Below, piece by piece: positions 28,144 through 36,077 of a stretch of 36,077 nt of DNA. Position 1 is the stretch's first letter. Every line of letters starts with the position of its first letter. This DNA is from Candidatus Poribacteria bacterium. Lineage in GTDB: Bacteria > Poribacteria > WGA-4E > WGA-3G. The stretch covers positions 827-36,903 of the forward strand of contig JAAXHI010000454.1 in the NCBI GenBank assembly GCA_012270875.1, written 5' to 3'. The position numbers and the translations under genes are program-made. The notes under the pieces were generated by a model. That model was not told the origin of the DNA, made no database searches, and saw nothing but the letters and a program-made list of their open reading frames with translations.

Positions 28144-29754
28144 ATGAAAAACGACGATACCCGACTGATTCAATGCGTCCTTGCCGGCGATGATACTGCT
28201 TTTGCTGAGCTTGTGAAAAAGTACCAGAAGCCGGTTCACGCGCTTGTGTGGCGGAAAGTTGGTGATTTCCACGTCGCCGAGGAAATTACACAGGACACCT
28301 TCCTGAAGGCATACCAGAAACTGACGACGCTCAAGGAGCCGCAGCGTTTTGTGAGTTGGCTTTATGTAATAGCCACGAACCGTTGCAAGGCATGGCTGCG
28401 TAGGAAACGTTTATGGATGCAGTCGTTGGATGCCACGAGTAGTAGGCAGTTGGAAAAGGCTACATATTCTGAATATGTCATTTCGGAGAACGAACGCGTA
28501 ACAGTAGAAACACAGCGCGAAGTCGTCAAAAAGCTGCTTGCGAAGTTACAGGAGAGTGAGCGGACAGTCATGACACTCCACTATTTCGGGGAGATGACGT
28601 GTGAAGATATTAGCAAGTTTTTGGGTGTATCGGTAGGTGCGATTAAGAGTCGGCTCAGGCGTGCGCGCCACCGCTTAAAGAAGGAGGAACCCATGATACG
28701 CGAGGCTTTAGAACATTTCCAAATCACACCGAATCTGACAGAGGATATCATGCGCGAGGTTTCGCGTCTGAAACCGATTGCGCCGTCTGGTAGCAAGCCG
28801 TTCGTGCCGTGGGCAATCGGCGTTTCTACGTTAGCAGTCATCCTTTTGATGTTAGGTGTCGGAAACCGTCAATACCTGTCGCGTTTCCAAAAATCGTATA
28901 GTTTTGATGCGACTTTAGAGATGAGCGTTGAACTCATTGATGCACCGATTGTGTTGAATCTTGAATCCAAACCTGATGTTCGGACGCAGCTCGGCAATGC
29001 TGCCACCCCCAGTAAAAACGACGGGTTCAGTCAACAACTCGATCAACCAGAACATACAACCCTATTTGCTGCCGCGCAGGTAGATCAAACTGAGAAACCT
29101 ACTGTTACTGATAAAGGTAATCGCTACATCATCCTTGAGACAAGCACCCATGAGGAAGGTGGAGAAGTTTTTGCGAGCGGAAGTTTTTCTTTTACGAGAA
29201 CAGGTGAGATTTTGACAGTTACAAAGGCTGGAACTACCGGGACCGGTAAAGGTGACGCAACCCCGATGTACGTGTTGATGAGTTATATTCTCAACCATAA
29301 TATTGACCTTTTCAAGTTCCCTTTGGTTATAGGAGATACTTGGACACAGAAAGGTCCCTGGGCCCCACACATACAGACGACCTTAGTGGGTTATGAAAAG
29401 GTAGAAGTTGCCGGAGGGACTTTCACGGACTGCCTTAAGCATGAAACGCTTTTTACAAACGCGAGGGTAGGTGCTGGCACGCGTTATTTGTGGTTTGCCA
29501 AAGGGGTTGGTGTCGTTAAAATGCGCTATGAACATTCCAACGGTGTCACCACTGAAGCAGAATTGCTTAACTACAATGTTCCGAAAGGCGAAGAATATCT
29601 CCCTTTGCAATACGGTAATATGTGGACCTACAGATTGCAAAACGAGTCTCAAGAAAAACCGATTATTGAAAAGTGCGAGGTTGTCGAAAATAGCGATCAG
29701 CCCTTAGATTCTGTCGATTCTTATTTTTTTCTCACGCTCCTCCAAAAGCTCTGA
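28144..29754 (+). CDS. ECF sigma factor-TM fusion, 5' part; appears to continue by a -1 frameshift at T7 (29724-29730) into the next ORF
   Basis: MKNDDTRLIQ start with GGAGA RBS, ECF regions 2 and 4, TM, then a domain with VEVAGGTFTDCLK..WFAKGVGVVK. Ends with a short tail after the T-run. Confidence 0.88.
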   Translation: MKNDDTRLIQCVLAGDDTAFAELVKKYQKPVHALVWRKVGDFHVAEEITQDTFLKAYQKLTTLKEPQRFVSWLYVIATNRCKAWLRRKRLWMQSLDATSSRQLEKATYSEYVISENERVTVETQREVVKKLLAKLQESERTVMTLHYFGEMTCEDISKFLGVSVGAIKSRLRRARHRLKKEEPMIREALEHFQITPNLTEDIMREVSRLKPIAPSGSKPFVPWAIGVSTLAVILLMLGVGNRQYLSRFQKSYSFDATLEMSVELIDAPIVLNLESKPDVRTQLGNAATPSKNDGFSQQLDQPEHTTLFAAAQVDQTEKPTVTDKGNRYIILETSTHEEGGEVFASGSFSFTRTGEILTVTKAGTTGTGKGDATPMYVLMSYILNHNIDLFKFPLVIGDTWTQKGPWAPHIQTTLVGYEKVEVAGGTFTDCLKHETLFTNARVGAGTRYLWFAKGVGVVKMRYEHSNGVTTEAELLNYNVPKGEEYLPLQYGNMWTYRLQNESQEKPIIEKCEVVENSDQPLDSVDSYFFLTLLQKL

Positions 29755-29825
29755 GGACTATACCTGATTTATCTGAAAAAGTTTCAATAATTATAGAGGA
29801 CATACGGATCGGTTTCAGTGAGGTA

Positions 29826-31064
29826 ATGATGGATGCTGATATTGCGTATACAAGTGTACCAATAGGCGACCTTAAATGGGTAGACGGCGGTAGAACCCTT
29901 GTTATCCCGTTGAGTCAACCCCTATTACCTTCAAAAACCTATAGGCTTATATTGGCGGAAGGCTATAGGAATATGGCAGGCGTTGTGTTCCCAGAATATA
30001 CGCTCACTTTTACAACCGAAGGTCCCGAACCGGTTACGCCTACTTTTGTGGACACCACGCCTGTCTATGTGGCAGATATTGAAGAATTGAACCTCTCAAA
30101 TGAACTGCTCTGCCGCGTTACCGTGAATCCGACAGTGGGTTTTAACTTCCCGTATTATCTGTTCATTCCACAAGGGATAAACTTGAACAAACCTGTTCAT
30201 CTGCTCGTGGAACCCTGCAACACAGGGGTGAGTCAGACTCGTAAAAGTCTTGATAGAAAGACAAAGGCTTTGGCTGAAGCATCTCATGCGACTGTCATCG
30301 CCAAAAGACTGGGAGTCCCGTTGCTCGTGCCTGTTTTTCCGAGACCCGGCGGAGATCAATGGCTCGTGCCTGTTTCTCCGAAACCCGGTAAAGATCAATG
30401 GCAAGCCTACACGCATGCCTTGGATAGAGACACCCTCCTGATTAGAGATGGCGACCTCAAGAGAATCGACCTGCAACTCATCAATATGATTGCGCATGCG
30501 CAAAGGCTCCTACGACACAATAATATGAAAGTGAATGAGAAGGTCTTTATGAACGGGTTTTCGGCTTCTGGGACGTTTGCAAATCGGTTTGCTATTTTAC
30601 ATCCAACAATTGTCCGAGCGGTTGCAACTGGCGGCATCAATAGCATCCCGACCTTTCCGACAGAGCGTTGGGATGATGTCACTATGCGGTATCCGGTTGG
30701 CATCGCGGATGTGAAAGAGATCGCTGATATTAAATTTGATGAAGAGGCGTATAAACGTGTCTCCCAATACATCTACATGGGAGCTTTGGATGACAATGAT
30801 ACTGTTTCGTATCGAGATGCCTACGATGTAGTGGATGCCGAGTTGGTCAAAAGCCTCATTGGAGCTGAAATGATGCCAGATCGATGGGACATGAGTCAGT
30901 CGATATACAGGGCACTTGAGATTCCTGCGCAGTTTGTTACATACGAAAATACTGGGCATCAAATCAAGAATGAGATGATAGATGATATTGTCGCTTTTTT
31001 CGAGGCAAACTCCGAGGATGAGATAGTTGAAATCGTCCCACATCAATATCCATCCGCTGAGTGA
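29826..31064 (+). CDS. Ig-like (Big_5-like) domain + alpha/beta-hydrolase-fold domain; probably the 3' part of the 28144 fusion
   Basis: Frame open from 29694: PPKALRTIP..IRIGFSEVM..WVDGGRTLVIPLSQPLLPSKTYRL..YTLTFTT. Nucleophile elbow GFSASG, Asp in GALDDND, His in NTGH. No signal peptide of its own. Confidence 0.8.
   Translation: MMDADIAYTSVPIGDLKWVDGGRTLVIPLSQPLLPSKTYRLILAEGYRNMAGVVFPEYTLTFTTEGPEPVTPTFVDTTPVYVADIEELNLSNELLCRVTVNPTVGFNFPYYLFIPQGINLNKPVHLLVEPCNTGVSQTRKSLDRKTKALAEASHATVIAKRLGVPLLVPVFPRPGGDQWLVPVSPKPGKDQWQAYTHALDRDTLLIRDGDLKRIDLQLINMIAHAQRLLRHNNMKVNEKVFMNGFSASGTFANRFAILHPTIVRAVATGGINSIPTFPTERWDDVTMRYPVGIADVKEIADIKFDEEAYKRVSQYIYMGALDDNDTVSYRDAYDVVDAELVKSLIGAEMMPDRWDMSQSIYRALEIPAQFVTYENTGHQIKNEMIDDIVAFFEANSEDEIVEIVPHQYPSAE
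30323..30402 (+). repeat. 39-bp in-frame tandem duplication
   Basis: Encodes LVPVFPRPGGDQW followed by LVPVSPKPGKDQW. Confidence 0.85.
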
Positions 31065-31137
31065 AAGTGAGTGAGGTCTATCACAAGAGAGATACCTGAC
31101 CCTTTTATCCGCTAAGTATGAATTAGTTTATTTTGTC

Positions 31138-31164
31138 AGGGCGGTGCTAAATGCCGCCCTTTTC
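31138..31164 (+). terminator. Probable terminator hairpin
   Basis: AGGGCGGT-gctaaat-GCCGCCCT-TTTC, nearly identical to 13175. Confidence 0.65.
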
Positions 31165-31203
31165 CACCTTTCCTCTTCTCTTTCCTTCACAATCCACTTT
31201 TTT

Positions 31204-31243
31204 CAGAATTAAGCAACCATTTTGCCCCTAAATTGCGTCACTA
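31204..31243 (+). promoter_or_regulatory. Putative ECF promoter CAGAATTAAGCAAC-N18-CGTCACTA
   Basis: Conserved motif ending 46 nt upstream of ATG 31290. Confidence 0.75.
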
Positions 31244-31289
31244 TAGGTTGATATGTTATTAATCAACTACCGCTTTCTGGAGGCAGCTG

Positions 31290-34200
31290 ATGAAAAACAA
31301 CGATGTTGCACTTATTCAACGAGTTCTCGCTGGTGATGAAACCGCTTTTGCTGAACTGATAAAAAAATATCAAAAGCCAGTTCACACGTTGGCGTGGCGA
31401 AAAATCGGGGATTTTCATATCGCTGAGGACATCACCCAGGAGGTCTTCCTGAAAGCGTATCAGAGACTCCATATCCTGAAAGATCCGAACCAGTTTTCTG
31501 GATGGCTTTATGTGATTACGGCGAACTTATGTGCCACATGGCTCCGCAAAAAACGGATACAGACGCAACCGTTGGGGGACACAGAACCAACGATGATACA
31601 AGAAGATACTTATTCTCGACATGTTGTAGAAGAGCGAATGAAAACCACAGCGGAATCACAACGCGAAGTCGTCAAAAAGCTGCTGGCGAAGTTGAAAGAG
31701 AGTGAACGCACAGTGATGACGCTCCACTACCTTGGTGAGATGACGGTTGCAGAAATTAGCCGATTTTTAGGCGTATCGGCGAGTACCATTAAAAGTCGTT
31801 TGAGACGGGCACGAAACCGTTTAAAAGAGGAGGAGCCGATGATTAGAGAAGCACTTGAGCATTTCCAAATTACACCGAATCTTACAGAGAATATCATGCA
31901 AGAGATATCGCGGTTGAAACCGGTTGCACCGTCAGGCAGTAAGCCGTTAGTGCCGTGGGCAATGGCTGCTTCTACAGTAGCAATCGTCCTTTTGATGTTC
32001 GGCATGGGAAATCAGTATATGTCGCGTTTCCAAGAGCCGTATAGTTTCGACGCGCCATCAGAGATGACAGTTGAGCTCATTGAAGCACCCCTTGTGCTGA
32101 ACCTTGAGGTCTCCAAACCCGATATTCGGACGCAACTTGGGAGTGTTCGCACACCGAACGAGGGAAAGATCTCCAACCAGCAGCCTAACGACGTTTCGGC
32201 ATCGGCTGCAGAAGCCGAAGCAGATGAGAGAATTAAAAACTACGCGCATTGGAAGCTGCCCAAAGCCGCAAAAGCACGTTTCGGAAAAGGTGGGATTACC
32301 ACAATTCAGTTTTCACCGGATGGAACCCTACTCGCAGTGGGTAGTAATATCGGGGTATGGCTGTATGATGTGGCAACAGGTGAGGAGAAATTTTTGTTTG
32401 GTAGTGGAATGTGTGAAGCCCTCCAATTTTCACCTGATGGCCGTTTCCTTACTGCTTCTTCTGAGGAGACGCTCATCCAATTATGGGAGATCGCTACCGG
32501 GCGCGAAGTGCCGCTTATTGATTTGTACGGAGAAGCTTCCGTATTGCGATTCTCTTCAGATGGGAAAACGCTGATCGGTTTGTATAGTGATGGGCATGCT
32601 GCGATTACGCGATTGAATATTGAGAGCGGTAAAGGGAAAACAAAACACCTTAAAACTGGGTTATTCGGGATCGGTCTCTTGAGTTGGGAGGATTTTAGTG
32701 GTGTTTACGCGATGACGGGCGATAAAATCGCGATTGGCAAACCGGACGGGACGATTCAGTTATGGGACGTAGCAACCCGTAAAAAGTTATCGACGCTCAG
32801 AGGACACGTAGATTTGCCGCTTCAGCCGTTAGATAAACTTGTGCATCGCAAACGTCCGTTTAGCAGACGGATTTTAGCAGTGGCGTTTTCGCCGGATGGT
32901 ACCCGTCTCGCCAGTGGTGGGGCAGATAATACAGTCCGATTGTCGAATCTCACTGGCGATCGAGATTCGATGACGTTGCAGAAACATACTGGACCGGCAA
33001 ATGTGCTGGCGTTTTCACCCGATGGAAAAATGCTTGCCAGCGGCAGTACCGATAAAACAGTGCAATTGTGGGACACCGCCACTGGCGAACCCCTCCTGAC
33101 GCTCACCGGCCATATCAACGGTATTACGGCGTTAGCATTTTCACCCGACGGTAACCACTCGTAAGCGGGAGTACGGATGGCACAATCCGATTCTGGCAGA
33201 CAGCAACTGGGGCTCCAGCAGATACCCTTATTACTGGACACACACAATCCATAAAAGCGGCGACCTTCTTTCAAGATCGTAATAGGGGCGAGGTGACCTT
33301 GAAGAAACACCCAAGCAAAAACCCCCTACTGGTAAGTGCGGCGTTTAACGGTGAAATTACCTTTTGGGATGTGGACGCAGCGCAGCGTAGGGACGAGGTG
33401 ACCACGCCCCTACGCCAAAATAGTGGACATCGGGATTGGTACTTAGCTTTAGCGTTTTCACCGGATGGCACGAAACTCGTCAGTGCAGGGACAGACGGTA
33501 CGAAAGTTTTCGGTGGGTTCCCTACTGGATTCTCTATTATTACGAAGCCAGATAATCTAACTCGGTTGACGGATGTATCGACTGGAGCCGAACTTGCGAC
33601 GTTGCAGCGAGGAAGCAGCAAACTTATCTTTTCTCCTGACGATAGAACTAAAACGGTGGCGATTACTTCGAGAGGTGCCATTCGCTTATGGAATACGGAA
33701 ACAGGCGATGAATTGGTCATTCCGATTCATGATGACCTACCCCTCGGCTTTCACCACAATGTGCCAACGGTTTTGGCAGTGGCGTTTTCGCCAGATGGTA
33801 GATGGCTTGTGAGTGGAACTACAGAAGGGGAAATCCGAATGTGGGACGTTGCGACCGGTGAAGCTTTGACCGTCTTTTCAGAACTGACAGAACCGATGGA
33901 ACAAGAGCATCTGAGGCATATTTCGGCATTGGCGTTTTCACCGGACCGCGCCTTGCTCGCTGCGGGTACACCGACGCAACTCCATTTATGGGACGTGCGT
34001 ACCGGTCATAAACTTTTTTCGGTTAGCACTGTGTATACACGCGGTTGGCGGACATACCATGATTATCCAAAACCGTTGGTGTTTTCGCCGGATAGTGCAA
34101 TTCTCCTCAGTGGGCATGGGGGCGGGACAATCCAATTATGGGATGCCAAGACTGGAGACAGCATCGCTGCGCTTGATGGGCATACACAGCAAGTGGAGAC

Positions 34201-34300
34201 GTTGAAATTTTCGCCTGATGGGGAAATGTTGGTTAGCACGGCACAGGATGGCACAATCTTTTTGTGGGATTGGGATGAGGCTATCACCGAATTACGTTAA
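31290..34300 (+). pseudogene. ECF sigma factor-TM-WD40 fusion split by a 1-nt deletion near 33156 (ORF-track pieces 31290-33164 and 33293-34300)
   Basis: After FSPDGN the WD40 text continues in the other frame as LVSGSTDGTIRFWQTATG, colinear with LVSGGADGTLRFWNTETG of 19044. Restored length about 1003 aa, ending DGTIFLWDWDE like 19044. Confidence 0.85.
33385..33415. repeat. REP-like palindrome inside the coding frame
   Basis: GCGTAGGG-acgaggtgaccacgc-CCCTACGC, encoding RRDEVTTPLR. Related TAGGGGCGAGGTGACCT..CCCCTAC at 33283-33329. Confidence 0.75.
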
Positions 34301-36077
34301 AGTTCTGCGCTGACGGTCATCTCTAAACGGTGTTCGGGTTTTCGCTCTTTCGTTGAGAGTAGACGGTAATTGAGTCGAAACAATAGGTCGGTGAATTTCC
34401 GCAACCTGTAGTCTGCTATCGTTCGGATTTCGTGACTGATGCCTTCGTAAAAGGTATATTGTGCGAAGGCGATGCCGCCGCTGCTCTTGCCGTAGCCGAG
34501 CTTGTAGTTGAAATCAATGCGTCCTTTGCCGATGAGACTAAACGTGACGCGGTTTTCAAACGAAAGGGTGCGTGTTTTGGCTTCGGGTTCCTCGTCAAGT
34601 TGTTCTTCGTCGGTTGTCTGTTTATAGCCGCTGATACCGCTCCATCGCAGGGCATTACTCAACTGGTATCGGAGGTTCAGTTCAGTTATCTGCTCAAGTT
34701 GACGCAGGTCTGAGATAGGTGTCGAAGAAGGATCTTTCACGCCTTCCTGCGCGAGGTCTTCAAAATCGAATTGGCTATATTTTTCAGTCTCCCGACGTTG
34801 TTCCCAGTTCGCGCCGACAGACAAGCGTTTCGTAGGATTCAGGGAGAAACCGACATCCCATGTATTGTGAAGTCTGTGGCGTTCTTGGTTGTTAATCCGT
34901 TTGTTGAGGGACTCTCCTGTACGGAAGTTAAGTTCAAAACTGAACGCCGTTGAAGGGACAAATTCGAGTCGGTGATGTTGGTTCACACGCCCGAAAAGCG
35001 TATCTGAACCCTGTAAGTTTTGAAGTAGATATAGAGATACTGCATCTTCTACCTCCTGTTCTTCGGTTAGCCAGAGTCGTGTATAACCTCTGAGCGCGCT
35101 CAGAAACCATTCTAAATGGCTTTCGGTTTTCGGTTTTCGGCTTTCGGCAAGAGGGTTCTCGGTTTTCGGTTGTCGGCTATTTCGTGTTGGACGTAGACTA
35201 TCACCTTGCAACAGTGCCTCGCGTTGCTGCTGTTGCCGCGCCCGGTCGCGGCGTGTGAAAAACTGGCGGGGTTGAAAGCGGATACGGAAGTCCGCATCTA
35301 CTGCCGTTGTCGGTTTATCACCGACGTTTTGGTAAATTTTGATGTAAGTGCCTTCTTCGGGATCCTCTACATAGTGCAGATCGTCCAACTTCACGTAATA
35401 TCCGTCACCGGGTTGGAGCAGCACACCGGTGTGTGGATGGATGTTGGTATAGACTTCGCGGCGTTGGCTTGTCAATTTTTTATCTAATTCGTAGGTGAAT
35501 TCTATGTCAATTGCTCGGCTTAGGGGTGTCAACTGAATGTTAATATCCGCGAGTTGCGTCGTCGTATCCGCGCCGAGATCGGTGTGTGCTTTCAGCATCC
35601 GACGTGCGAGATTTGCGCTCAGATTCATACCGCCGCTGAGAAAGGATTTCTGCTGTGAAAAGATGCCGACTTTCCATGTGCGTCCGGTCGTACTCTGCTG
35701 CCAATCGGATAGACCGATGGGTTCGTCATCAACAGTGAGCAACGGTTCTTTCGCGTAAGCCTCCTCAAGTTCGTAACTGGTGTTCAGAGATGCCCAACTA
35801 AAATCAACGAGATTGATACGTCCAATTGCTCGGTTCCGCTTTCGGTTGAGCGTTGCATTGCGCGCCTCGCTTGATTCCACCCTGCCCAATGTTCCCATGA
35901 TTCTGAACGGACCGATCGGGTAAGCCAAGTTGCCTTCCTGCCGTAACTTCTGCTGCGATTGTGTCCGTGTTGAATCCTCACTCTCGACACGCGAACTGCT
36001 CCGATAGTCATCCCAACGGAAATTCGGTAATTTCTTGAGCAGCTGCGCGCCTTTAGATGGATTTTGTTCCGATGCCG
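34297..36077 (-). CDS. Large beta-strand-rich protein, probably an outer-membrane beta-barrel; 5'-truncated
   Basis: Frame stays open from 35928 to the window end. Alternating amphipathic strands (WDVGFSLNP, LSVGANWEQ, LLFRLNYRL, HRLEMTVSAEL). Convergent 4-bp stop overlap TTAA at 34297-34300. Confidence 0.75.
   Translation of the reverse strand, partial: ASEQNPSKGAQLLKKLPNFRWDDYRSSSRVESEDSTRTQSQQKLRQEGNLAYPIGPFRIMGTLGRVESSEARNATLNRKRNRAIGRINLVDFSWASLNTSYELEEAYAKEPLLTVDDEPIGLSDWQQSTTGRTWKVGIFSQQKSFLSGGMNLSANLARRMLKAHTDLGADTTTQLADINIQLTPLSRAIDIEFTYELDKKLTSQRREVYTNIHPHTGVLLQPGDGYYVKLDDLHYVEDPEEGTYIKIYQNVGDKPTTAVDADFRIRFQPRQFFTRRDRARQQQQREALLQGDSLRPTRNSRQPKTENPLAESRKPKTESHLEWFLSALRGYTRLWLTEEQEVEDAVSLYLLQNLQGSDTLFGRVNQHHRLEFVPSTAFSFELNFRTGESLNKRINNQERHRLHNTWDVGFSLNPTKRLSVGANWEQRRETEKYSQFDFEDLAQEGVKDPSSTPISDLRQLEQITELNLRYQLSNALRWSGISGYKQTTDEEQLDEEPEAKTRTLSFENRVTFSLIGKGRIDFNYKLGYGKSSGGIAFAQYTFYEGISHEIRTIADYRLRKFTDLLFRLNYRLLSTKERKPEHRLEMTVSAEL
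35118..35183. repeat. Heptamer tandem repeat (GGYTTTC)n within the CDS
   Basis: GGCTTTC GGTTTTC GGTTTTC GGCTTTC .. GGTTTTC GGTTGTC; translates as NSRQPKTENPLAESRKPKTESH. Confidence 0.8.

Noticed and set aside
3758-34300. Diversity-generating retroelement, shufflon or integron as the cause of paralog variation
   Set aside because: No reverse transcriptase, recombinase or integrase, no adenine-specific TR/VR pair and no attC-like sites were seen in the window.

Overview
A 36-kb window, almost entirely + strand, dominated by two paralog arrays. (1) Seven roughly 950-1150 aa membrane-anchored ECF sigma factor fusions: sigma2/sigma4, a short linker, one TM helix, a conserved juxtamembrane segment, then a swappable extracytoplasmic domain (Asp-box/BNR propeller x3, WD40 propeller x2, a duplicated LolA/RseB-like domain, and an Ig-like + alpha/beta-hydrolase module). 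Two of the seven are split by single-base frameshifts. (2) Five tandem secreted TolB-like (PD40) propellers ending in the motif VSPQPHLLTTTWGDVK, which I associate with Candidatus Poribacteria (taxonomy inferred only). Also present: a DUF433/DUF5615 (PIN) toxin-antitoxin pair, an LVIVD-repeat lipoprotein, a sigma-less WD40 paralog, a 5'-truncated large beta-rich outer-membrane-type protein, and many REP/MITE-like repeats, some inserted in frame in genes. Main candidate system: six ECF genes each carry a conserved upstream ECF-type promoter (invariant GCGTCACT -10, with a -35 that co-varies with sigma4) and an internal GGAGG-N5-ATG just after sigma4. A standalone gene begins at that same internal Met, suggesting a sigma-less anti-sigma/sensor isoform and a combinatorial sensor-by-sigma4 switchboard.
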